This document shows positions 1 to 6,609 of a stretch of DNA of 27,969 nt, piece by piece (within the stretch, counting starts at the first letter, position 1; each line of letters starts with the position of its first letter). A model generated the notes under the pieces. The model saw only the letters and a program-made list of their open reading frames with translations, did not search any database and was not told the DNA's origin. The stretch comes from a virus (taxonomy: Duplodnaviria; Caudoviricetes), in IMG/VR virus record IMGVR_UViG_3300020045_003671, positions 1 to 27,969 of that record; one strand, given 5' to 3'. Made by a program: the position numbers and the translations under genes.

Positions 1-1
1 C

Positions 2-244
2 GGTGTCGATGACCAACGTTGAATACTTTTTGATTTGGGACTCATCTGATAAAACTGCTTTACAATTGTTAGCTACAATAGTGTCTTGTCTGTTTATGGC
101 ACGGTCTGAGCCTCTATCTGTATCTAATAAAATAGGATTATTTGCAGTATTAAATACTGACGTTTTACCAACTCCAGGACTGCCATATAAAAGAATAATA
201 ACTGGTCTTTTCGGCATTGTGTCTGATTTCTTTACAATAGTCAT
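2..244 (-). CDS. AAA_24-family P-loop ATPase, Sak4-like phage recombination protein (5' part, runs off window start)
   Basis: Not in ORF track. Manual translation from ATG 244: MTIVKKSDTMPKRPVIILLYGSPGVGKTSVFNTANNPILLDTDRGSDRAINRQDTIVANN...YSTLVIDT. Walker A GSPGVGKT, LLDxDRG and Walker B-like LVIDT. Confidence 0.85.
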   Translation of the reverse strand, partial: MTIVKKSDTMPKRPVIILLYGSPGVGKTSVFNTANNPILLDTDRGSDRAINRQDTIVANNCKAVLSDESQIKKYSTLVIDT

Positions 245-255
245 GATTTTTAGTT

Positions 256-747
256 TTAATTTGTTATTAATGATAATTCTTTTCTGTATGCAAAACTTGC
301 TTCAAATTCACTTTTAAAATATCCAATATGTTTGTATTTTCCGTTTACTCTTATTTTGGCACTCCATTTTTTAGCAAACTTATTCCAACTAACACCAATA
401 AATTTAGATGATCGTTCGGTATTTTTTATTGAATGACTTACATTTTTTCTATTGGTAGTAATTTCTAAATTATCTTTATGGTTATTTAGTTTATTTTCAT
501 CTAAATGATGAATTAAGTCTTTCATACCATTTGGAATAAAGTTTTTAAATGTCATTGCAACCAAAGTATGAATTTTAAATTCTTTTCTTTTTTGGTCTTT
601 ATATAGCCAAACTCTTAAATATCCTTTTCTGTTAATAGACGGTTTTAGTTTAATTGGTGTTTTTGACATATAAGATATAATATTGCCAAATTCATCTATT
701 TTATATAGACTGTCATAATTAGGAATATCAAAATATTTTTTTCCCAT
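256..747 (-). CDS. NUMOD4-HNH-AP2 homing-type endonuclease
   Basis: NUMOD4-like YFDIPNYDSLYKIDEFGNI; HNH core IHTLVAMTF...IHHLDENKLNNHKDNLE; AP2-like SSKFIGVSWNKFAKKWSAKIRVNGKYKHIGYFKSEFEA. Start moved from 831 to ATG 747 because a separate small ORF occupies 728-850. Confidence 0.85.
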   Translation of the reverse strand: MGKKYFDIPNYDSLYKIDEFGNIISYMSKTPIKLKPSINRKGYLRVWLYKDQKRKEFKIHTLVAMTFKNFIPNGMKDLIHHLDENKLNNHKDNLEITTNRKNVSHSIKNTERSSKFIGVSWNKFAKKWSAKIRVNGKYKHIGYFKSEFEASFAYRKELSLITN

Positions 748-850
748 TGTAGTATTTATTTTGATCGTAATTACTGCATTCTTTACATACTCCATGTTCG
801 TTAAGTACGGCAAGGTTACCGCACTTAACACAATGCTTTTTAGATTTCAT
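728..850 (-). CDS. 40-aa zinc-ribbon microprotein
   Basis: Manual translation MKSKKHCVKCGNLAVLNEHGVCKECSNYDQNKYYNGKKIF. Two CxxC motifs; overlaps both neighbours in the operon. Confidence 0.65.
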   Translation of the reverse strand: MKSKKHCVKCGNLAVLNEHGVCKECSNYDQNKYYNGKKIF

Positions 851-1196
851 AGTATTTGTGAATTAACTCATGTATTTTATCCAGATTATCTAGATTGACT
901 TTGATCTCTTCGCCATCGTAAAAGAAAGTAGTTGAATATTTCATTACTGATCGGCTTGATATTGCAGTCTGGTTGTTTTCGTCAGCTTCTGGGTATTCAG
1001 TGTAAAGTTCTAAAACTGATTCAATCATATATTCATCAGGACAATGATAAAAATAATTGATTCCGATAAATTCAACAACTTCATTTAATTGAAATTCAAT
1101 TGTCTGTTTTGAATCTTCGGTGTTAAACTTATTTGTTAAATGATTAACGATTGCGTTAATTTCAATTTCTGATAATTCGATTGCTGTGATTTTCAT
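840..1196 (-). CDS. hypothetical acidic phage protein
   Basis: 118-aa ORF with A-rich start context (CTAAAAACCCAGTAATG) just downstream of a TAnnTTTG promoter. Confidence 0.75.
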   Translation of the reverse strand: MKITAIELSEIEINAIVNHLTNKFNTEDSKQTIEFQLNEVVEFIGINYFYHCPDEYMIESVLELYTEYPEADENNQTAISSRSVMKYSTTFFYDGEEIKVNLDNLDKIHELIHKYYEI

Positions 1197-1228
1197 TACT
1201 GGGTTTTTAGAATGTTTAATTTATACCT

Positions 1229-1261
1229 CAAAAATACTAAATATAGGTATGCAAATATCAA
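1229..1261 (-). promoter_or_regulatory. Bacteroidota sigma70-type promoter for the recombination-gene operon
   Basis: -7 box TATTTTTG at 1236-1229 with TTG 22 nt upstream. The downstream context GTATAAATTA matches that of the promoter at 4189. Confidence 0.6.
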
Positions 1262-1578
1262 TTAATAGTATGTTCTGCAACATGAAAAGTAAGATTCTTT
1301 AGGTATTTTCATAACACTTTCTTTCCGTGATCTTTTACCATCCAGTTGAAAGACTTTTTTGATTACCTTTATTAGTCTAACCTACCTCACATTCAAAAAC
1401 CGCATCGTGCGACGGCTTATTCTTTTACTTGACTACGAAAAATTTATCACGTCAAATGTTACAAGTGTACAGCATTGCACCCACTTTAGCCAAATAAATA
1501 TATTTTGAGGAAGTTCCGGTCTTTTGTCTGAATAAGGAGTCAGGTTGTGGAGTAAGACTTCGAGCATAACCACGCAAT

Positions 1579-1616
1579 AAAAAACAAAACCATTCCCGAA
1601 ATGAATCAGAAATGGT
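1579..1616 (-). terminator. Rho-independent terminator/attenuator
   Basis: ACCAUUUCUGA-UUCAUU-UCGGGAAUGGU followed by a U-rich tail. Confidence 0.6.
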
Positions 1617-1702
1617 ATGTTTTAAGCTGCAAGGCTCTGTATCGGTACGTTTACCGAATATTGTATGATATGAATCGACTATAATACTTCCATTACCTTG
1701 CA
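1579..1702 (-). ncRNA. candidate structured leader/small RNA ending in an intrinsic terminator
   Basis: Promoter at 1739-1708. The 5' UGCAAGG (1702-1696) pairs with CCUUGCA (1634-1628), and there is an inner hairpin at 1642-1657. An 11-bp stem at 1616-1589 has G-U pairs that work only on the minus strand and is followed by UUUGUUUUUU. Confidence 0.5.
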
Positions 1703-1707
1703 TACGT

Positions 1708-1739
1708 CAAAAGTAGTATTTACATCTGACATATGCAAA
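1708..1739 (-). promoter_or_regulatory. Bacteroidota sigma70-type promoter
   Basis: TTTG (1739-1736)-N20-TACTTTTG (1715-1708), a full consensus match. Confidence 0.65.
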
Positions 1740-1745
1740 TTTATT

Positions 1746-1907
1746 TTATTCAGATTCAATATTGCTTTTTTCTGGTTCGCTTTCTTGTTTATCACAACAT
1801 TCTTTGCACCAAATTTCTAAACCCATATGCCATAAATATTCTCCATCATCAGGAGTTTTACCGCATATGTCACAAATATAAATTCGTTGAGTTATTCTGT
1901 ATCCCAT
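1746..1907 (-). CDS. 53-aa zinc-ribbon protein
   Basis: Not in ORF track. MGYRITQRIYICDICGKTPDDGEYLWHMGLEIWCKECCDKQESEPEKSNIESE, with CDIC...CKEC. Start context TAAAAACTAAAACATG; a TATTTTTG box lies at 1945-1938. Confidence 0.75.
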   Translation of the reverse strand: MGYRITQRIYICDICGKTPDDGEYLWHMGLEIWCKECCDKQESEPEKSNIESE

Positions 1908-2002
1908 GTTTTAGTTTTTATTTGATTAATACTGAGACAAAAATAGCCATACTTAGCGAATAAATACAGCTACTTTATGTGTTGTATAACAGTTGTAAAG
2001 AA

Positions 2003-2566
2003 TTACTTTACTACTGGCTTGAAATATTTAGATTCGACTAAGCACGTACATTTACTTTCTCCAATTAAAAACAAAGTATTTAAAAATGAATTTTTTGATT
2101 TATCAACTTCATATCTATTGCCATTTATAAACTCAGGTGCATATTGATTATAGATACATTCCCAATATTCGCTTTCTACCTGTTTAACTGGCTTGCTATG
2201 TTTCTGGTGCAACGCTCGCTCTTTCCAATAATTCAATGATTTTAAATTCTCATCATTACACGAATCAAGTAAACTACATTTACTTTCAAGTACTTTATTT
2301 TTTGATCGTAGTTCTGTAATCTCAGTAACCGCATCCTCAAAGTACTTTTTAACGTCAGCTATTTGGCATTCTTGCAATTTGATTTGATCTTCGTAATCTT
2401 GCATTGTCTGAGCCGATACGGTTGAAAAGAACTGATAGTCTTTTAGCTTCTTTTTAGCCTGTTTAAGACGCAAAAAGTAGAACAGCGATAACATTGCAAA
2501 GAACATGATTAAAACTACGTCAATAAGCGTGTAAGCGTTCCAAATGTTTAAGATAAAGTTTTGCAT
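2003..2566 (-). CDS. membrane-anchored coiled-coil hypothetical protein
   Basis: N-terminal hydrophobic helix (LIDVVLIMFFAMLSLFYFL) followed by heptad-rich region; start context TAAAAACTAAAATCATG. Confidence 0.75.
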   Translation of the reverse strand: MQNFILNIWNAYTLIDVVLIMFFAMLSLFYFLRLKQAKKKLKDYQFFSTVSAQTMQDYEDQIKLQECQIADVKKYFEDAVTEITELRSKNKVLESKCSLLDSCNDENLKSLNYWKERALHQKHSKPVKQVESEYWECIYNQYAPEFINGNRYEVDKSKNSFLNTLFLIGESKCTCLVESKYFKPVVK

Positions 2567-2584
2567 GATTTTAGTTTTTAATGG

Positions 2585-2878
2585 TTATTTGAAAAATACA
2601 TTTTTAAATTCAGTCTTGCTTTCAACAAATCTTTTAAATCCGTCTTTTCTTATAAATTGTTTTCCTTCAAATTCAAGTCTTGCAGCTACTATCATCCAAG
2701 TTCTATTTACCCGATTGAAATTTGAGATTATAACATCATTTGATAAATTACCTGCAATCTTTTCTTGTAAGTTAGTAAAGCAAGCGTTTATCATTTTTGA
2801 TATACCATCAATCAGCCCTTCTTTTGTTGTATCATCTGTATTTCTTGCAATTAATAAAAGTTCATCATCTAGGAACAT
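2585..2878 (-). CDS. hypothetical phage protein
   Basis: ORF track 2585..2956. Start moved to ATG 2878 (MFLDDELLL), which has an A-rich context and follows the stop of the upstream small ORF. Confidence 0.7.
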   Translation of the reverse strand: MFLDDELLLIARNTDDTTKEGLIDGISKMINACFTNLQEKIAGNLSNDVIISNFNRVNRTWMIVAARLEFEGKQFIRKDGFKRFVESKTEFKNVFFK

Positions 2879-2882
2879 AGTT

Positions 2883-3005
2883 TTAATTTTTAGATTGTTT
2901 TTTAACTCGGTTTGATAATAAGTAAATAGCAATGATAATAATGCAATATGCTGCAAATATTAATTGAAATGGTAAGTTATCAAGGTAGGTAAATAGTTCT
3001 TTCAT
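2883..3005 (-). CDS. 40-aa single-pass membrane microprotein
   Basis: Not in ORF track. MKELFTYLDNLPFQLIFAAYCIIIIAIYLLSNRVKKQSKN. ATGA overlap with the upstream gene; hydrophobic core and basic tail. Confidence 0.6.
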   Translation of the reverse strand: MKELFTYLDNLPFQLIFAAYCIIIIAIYLLSNRVKKQSKN

Positions 3006-3217
3006 TTCAGTATGTTTTTAATTTTAATGATTATTTTCGCAATAGTCAATGATAAAGCAAACGCAATGATCAAAGCCAGAAATAAGGTTGAGTCAAAGCT
3101 GATAGCCTTAGAAACTGAATTAATAATAGTTTCAGAGAAAGGAATAAATAGCACAATTGCACAGAATCCGATTAAGGCAATCCAGAATTTTAGGGTAATT
3201 TCAGTTAGCTTTTTCAT
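3002..3217 (-). CDS. small two-helix membrane protein
   Basis: Two hydrophobic segments with Lys-rich ends; tiles the operon. Confidence 0.7.
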   Translation of the reverse strand: MKKLTEITLKFWIALIGFCAIVLFIPFSETIINSVSKAISFDSTLFLALIIAFALSLTIAKIIIKIKNILK

Positions 3218-3218
3218 G

Positions 3219-3377
3219 TCAGTATTTATTATTTTTGTTGTTTAGCATTAACTTCTTTTGATTCTCAAATTGTTTTTGTCTTTCTCGTTTATCTCGTTCT
3301 CCTGAATCAAGTCCAAAATATCCTGATGCAGGTTGATTCGGAATAAATGCCGGAATCTTATTTTTTCGCTTTTTCAT
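3219..3377 (-). CDS. 52-aa basic hypothetical protein
   Basis: Not in ORF track. MKKRKNKIPAFIPNQPASGYFGLDSGERDKRERQKQFENQKKLMLNNKNNKY. Stop lies 1 nt before the next ATG and fills the operon gap. Confidence 0.55.
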   Translation of the reverse strand: MKKRKNKIPAFIPNQPASGYFGLDSGERDKRERQKQFENQKKLMLNNKNNKY

Positions 3378-3573
3378 TTAGTTTAGAGTTTATCAGGTTA
3401 ATAATTGATTCATAAGTATCAGTCTGCATTTGTCCTCTGCCATTATAATAGCGGTTGATTGTATTAGCAGATATTTTCAACTGTCTGGCAATTTCTGCCT
3501 GAGATAATCCGATGTTTTTAGCTTCGTTGATCTTTTCAATAAAGATGGTTAATAGTGATAATTTTTCATTCAT
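3358..3573 (-). CDS. XRE/Cro-family helix-turn-helix regulator
   Basis: GLSQAEIARQLKISANTINRYYNG is a classic HTH_XRE pattern. Likely start ATG 3573 (MNEKLS), just after the upstream stop. Confidence 0.85.
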   Translation of the reverse strand: MNEKLSLLTIFIEKINEAKNIGLSQAEIARQLKISANTINRYYNGRGQMQTDTYESIINLINSKLNEKAKK

Positions 3574-3577
3574 AACT

Positions 3578-3790
3578 TTAAAGTTGATCTGTAAATTCAA
3601 ATACAGCGTTAATGTCATCCTTAATTAATGCTTTTTTAAGCAACTTAATTGTTGCATCAAGTAGGGTATTTTCAAGTTTGTTAATTTCTTCAAACTCGTT
3701 ATGTTCTTTGATTACTTCTTCGTTTCTAGCAATCTTTTTATTGATCTTGTCAATGTCATTTAAAATTAATTCTCTTGTTTCTTTTTTCAT
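3578..3790 (-). CDS. small coiled-coil hypothetical protein
   Basis: 70-aa helical, charged ORF in operon orientation. Confidence 0.7.
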   Translation of the reverse strand: MKKETRELILNDIDKINKKIARNEEVIKEHNEFEEINKLENTLLDATIKLLKKALIKDDINAVFEFTDQL

Positions 3791-3836
3791 TTTATTTCCC
3801 CGTAGCCAGATAGGACAGCGTTAAATGGTTAGTTAA

Positions 3837-4157
3837 TTATTTTGTACGTTGGTATCCTAAGCCTAAACATTTGTAACATATTCCTCCATCTGGCCCGTAT
3901 CCCACATTTCCAGAACCACCACATTTTGGACAAGTTTCAATGTCGCTTGGACGTTCTACTTTTCCGGTGCGAACCAAGTGAAAAAACATTTTATCAAAAG
4001 TCAAACGTCCCTGACTAGTACATGATTTGCCATTACCGTACCAAAGTACCGTTTTAATGCCCGATACAGGCTTTCCGTTAAGTTGATTAAATGATTTACC
4101 AACAGATGATTGAAGATACTCCATTTTATAAGCTACTTTGATTTCTTCTACTGTCAT
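3837..4157 (-). CDS. hypothetical protein with C-terminal DnaJ-type zinc finger
   Basis: CPKCGGSG...CYKCLGLG (two CxxCxGxG); first gene after the leftward promoter. Confidence 0.8.
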   Translation of the reverse strand: MTVEEIKVAYKMEYLQSSVGKSFNQLNGKPVSGIKTVLWYGNGKSCTSQGRLTFDKMFFHLVRTGKVERPSDIETCPKCGGSGNVGYGPDGGICYKCLGLGYQRTK

Positions 4158-4188
4158 GATCGTTTGTTTTAGTGATTAATTTATACAC

Positions 4189-4221
4189 CAAAGATAACTA
4201 TATTTAGTAATACAATCCAAA
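4189..4221 (-). promoter_or_regulatory. leftward early promoter
   Basis: TTTG (4221-4218)-N21-TATCTTTG (4196-4189). Confidence 0.7.
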
Positions 4222-4265
4222 TATTTATCTGACTAAATTTTGTGTTTAAGAACATACTGATTTGT

Positions 4266-4296
4266 TTTGACGGTGTGACTATATATAGTACATTTG
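4266..4296 (+). promoter_or_regulatory. rightward early promoter, divergent from the leftward one
   Basis: TTTG (4266-4269)-N19-TACATTTG (4289-4296). Confidence 0.7.
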
Positions 4297-4325
4297 AGCA
4301 TACAAAAACACTAAAAACTAAGGAA

Positions 4326-5261
4326 ATGAATGTATTAAGTTTTTTTGATGGGATATCATGTGGGCAATTGGCATTAGAACGAAGTAATATTAAAGTTCAT
4401 AATTATTATGCGTGCGAAATAAAAAAACACGCAATTCAGTGTACTAAATTTAATTTCCCAAATACTATTCAATTAGGTGATGTTAGAAATGTTCATTATA
4501 CTAAAATTGGTATTGAAATAGATATTATTCCTGGACATACTAGATTTATTGAATCGAATATAGATTTGTTTATTGGCGGTTCTCCATGCAAGGGTATTAG
4601 CCGACTAAATCAAAAACAAGAAGGATTAAAACACAAAGAAAGTATATTGTTTTGGGAATGGGTAAGGGTATTAAGAGAAATACAAATAGAAAATCCTGAT
4701 GTATTATTTTTGCTTGAAAATACACACGGTAATAAAGAAGCAACTAATATTATAACTGAAACATTAGGAGTACAGCCAATATCTATAAATAGTAAATTAG
4801 TTTCGGCACAAAATAGACCTAGATATTATTGGACTAATATTCCAGGAATAAAACAACCTTTTGATAAAAATATTACCACAAAAGATATATTTGATTATTC
4901 AGGCGAAATAGTTTCTAAAAATAGAGTAAAATGGATTGAAAATGAAAGCGGTAAAAATTCAATCAAAAAAGGATATACTAGAGTTAATCCATATCCTAAA
5001 AGTGGTTGCTTAACGGCAAATGGGCATATTAAATGGAATGAGAATTATTTATATAAAGATGGTATTTATAGATTTTTATCTAAGTCAGAATTAGAAAAGT
5101 TACAAACGGTAACTCCAGGATATTGCGACTGTTTAAATTATGATGAGGCGTATGATGTTTTAGGAGATGGTTGGACAATTGATGTAATTGCGCATATATT
5201 ATCCTTTATTCCATTTAAAAAACCGGATAGCCTAAGTAACTATCCGGTAACTAAAAACTAA
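4326..5261 (+). CDS. orphan DNA (cytosine-5)-methyltransferase
   Basis: Motif I VLSFFDGISCG, catalytic GGSPC, FLLENT, QNRPRYYW, motif X LGDGWTIDVIAHI. Start set at ATG 4326 (MNVLSFF), downstream of the promoter. No adjacent restriction gene seen. Confidence 0.92.
   Translation: MNVLSFFDGISCGQLALERSNIKVHNYYACEIKKHAIQCTKFNFPNTIQLGDVRNVHYTKIGIEIDIIPGHTRFIESNIDLFIGGSPCKGISRLNQKQEGLKHKESILFWEWVRVLREIQIENPDVLFLLENTHGNKEATNIITETLGVQPISINSKLVSAQNRPRYYWTNIPGIKQPFDKNITTKDIFDYSGEIVSKNRVKWIENESGKNSIKKGYTRVNPYPKSGCLTANGHIKWNENYLYKDGIYRFLSKSELEKLQTVTPGYCDCLNYDEAYDVLGDGWTIDVIAHILSFIPFKKPDSLSNYPVTKN
5217..5248 (-). terminator. Rho-independent terminator on the minus strand
   Basis: Perfect 9-bp inverted repeat ACCGGATAG/CTATCCGGT, extended by two U-G pairs on the minus strand; U6 tail on the minus strand only. 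Confidence 0.6.
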
Positions 5262-5282
5262 ACCTATGAAACAAAAAGAAGT
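5217..5282 (-). ncRNA. candidate antisense sRNA complementary to a shared early-gene start motif
   Basis: TATATTTG box at 5294-5287. Body UUUCAUAGGUUUAGUUUUUAGU, then terminator ACCGGAUAGUU-ACUUA-GGCUAUCCGGU-UUUUU. No minus-strand gene lies nearby. Confidence 0.45.
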
Positions 5283-5303
5283 GAAACAAATATAGTGTTT
5301 TGC

Positions 5304-5334
5304 TTTGAAATAATACGATAATTGAGTATATTTA
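5304..5334 (+). promoter_or_regulatory. near-consensus rightward promoter
   Basis: TTTG (5304-5307)-N19-TATATTTA (5327-5334), one mismatch to TAnnTTTG. Confidence 0.4.
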
Positions 5335-5355
5335 TAATCACTAAAAATTGAAATA

Positions 5356-5544
5356 ATGAAATGGACACCACAACAACTTAAAGCAATTTCAGATTCAAAA
5401 GAGAAATTAATTATTGAATCTCGGAATGGAGATACAGAAGCCGCTCACGGCAACGCTGACGACATTCTATGTAAATTATTAAACGAATTCGGATTGAATG
5501 AGATTACTGAAATTTACAACAATATTGAAAAATGGTACGCATGA
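5356..5544 (+). CDS. hypothetical phage protein
   Basis: 62-aa ORF (DTEAAHGNADDILCKLL...KWYA) with A-rich start context. Confidence 0.75.
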   Translation: MKWTPQQLKAISDSKEKLIIESRNGDTEAAHGNADDILCKLLNEFGLNEITEIYNNIEKWYA

Positions 5545-5696
5545 ACCAACTATCTAAACTACAATCAAAGTTCAGCGAAGAAATAAAACGCTATCAGATT
5601 ACAGAAGTAACGGTAATAGGCTGAACAGTAGAAATAACGGCAAAGGAGCGTATTCCGTGGGAGTTGTTTGAATCAATTAAATGCGAGTTGCTATGA
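5541..5696 (+). pseudogene. small gene interrupted by an in-frame TGA
   Basis: MNQLSKLQSKFSEEIKRYQITEVTVIG*TVEITAKERIPWELFESIKCELL*. ATGA overlaps at both ends, single internal TGA at 5622-5624. Confidence 0.5.
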
Positions 5697-5971
5697 AAGA
5701 CTATCAATCACTAATATTCAGCTATGGCATTTTAACCGTTCTTTTTGTTCTCGAGCATTATCAAGAGATTGAAAATTATGAGGAATGCAAAAAGATAATT
5801 GATACACTTGATAATATTGAAACCAGATACGGAATGAGATTACCAAGACGAATTGACGAAGAAACCAAATTGATAGTTTTGCATTCATATCGAAAGTTTA
5901 ATCTAACCGGAGTCAATGCAGAGCATAATTCAAAACACTATGCAAGTTTAATCATCGAAGGTAAACTATGA
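5693..5971 (+). CDS. hypothetical phage protein
   Basis: ORF track 5681..5971; likely start ATG 5693 (MKDYQS). Confidence 0.7.
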   Translation: MKDYQSLIFSYGILTVLFVLEHYQEIENYEECKKIIDTLDNIETRYGMRLPRRIDEETKLIVLHSYRKFNLTGVNAEHNSKHYASLIIEGKL

Positions 5972-6153
5972 AAAAGATGTCAACTTATATTTTAATCACT
6001 ATATTACTTTGCTATTGTGCCTTTGAAATAGGCTCATATTTTAAGTATCAATCTGAATTAAGGCAATTAACTAAAGACAAGTTAAGACTTGAAATTCAGC
6101 TATTAAAGATACAAATTGAACAGAACGAAATAAACCTTCAAAAAGAATATTGA
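5968..6153 (+). CDS. small membrane-anchored coiled-coil protein
   Basis: N-terminal hydrophobic helix plus Leu-rich heptads; ATGA-coupled to the upstream gene. Confidence 0.7.
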   Translation: MKKMSTYILITILLCYCAFEIGSYFKYQSELRQLTKDKLRLEIQLLKIQIEQNEINLQKEY

Positions 6154-6524
6154 TGAAAACATTTGAACAGATTGAAACTAAAAAAGAAAATCCATTAAAA
6201 TCAGGATGGTATAATACAGACAAAGGATCATTGTATTTTTTTTATAATTTACATGGTCTTAATGGATGGAGTTGTCGCGATGATAAACTATCATTAGAAT
6301 ACCCTAAGTTTTGGTATAAGGTGGTTTTTGAAAAAGTACCTAATTTATCAGGTGCAACAAAAGAGCAAAAAGAACTGATAATAAAGGAACTTACTGAGAC
6401 AACTGCTAAAGCCGTTTTAACTGTATTTGTTGCGCTTGGATTAAAGGCATTTATTGAAACAAAAGTAACCAATGACGCAACCGGTGATAGTTATATTTTA
6501 AAGTTCTATAAAACAGAAAACTAA
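6153..6524 (+). CDS. hypothetical phage protein
   Basis: ORF track 6150..6524; ATG at 6153 overlaps the upstream stop. Confidence 0.7.
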   Translation: MKTFEQIETKKENPLKSGWYNTDKGSLYFFYNLHGLNGWSCRDDKLSLEYPKFWYKVVFEKVPNLSGATKEQKELIIKELTETTAKAVLTVFVALGLKAFIETKVTNDATGDSYILKFYKTEN

Positions 6525-6609
6525 ACCTATTGATAATGAATGAAAATTTAGATAACTTTGAAGAAGAATTTATTTTTAATTGGTATAACTAAAAATAACA
6601 GGATTTAAT

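Noticed and set aside
3-317. Plus-strand 104-aa ORF from the track
   Set aside because: Antisense shadow of the Walker-A ATPase gene and the HNH-AP2 3' end
1452-1703. 83-aa minus-strand ORF
   Set aside because: Atypical composition, crosses a clear terminator and has no A-rich start context. Better explained as structured RNA, although a leaderless peptide cannot be fully excluded.
1733-3824. Plus-strand ORFs 1733..1963, 2544..2915, 3012..3245 and 3612..3824
   Set aside because: Each lies opposite a better-supported minus-strand gene in a continuous leftward operon
5622-5624. Genome-wide stop-codon reassignment (TGA or TAG)
   Set aside because: Long genes are intact under the standard code, TGA ends many ATGA-coupled genes, and the tRNA-like element has no proper suppressor anticodon loop
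6536-6592. 18-aa ORF MNENLDNFEEEFIFNWYN before the tRNA-like element
   Set aside because: Too short to support, despite an A-rich upstream context
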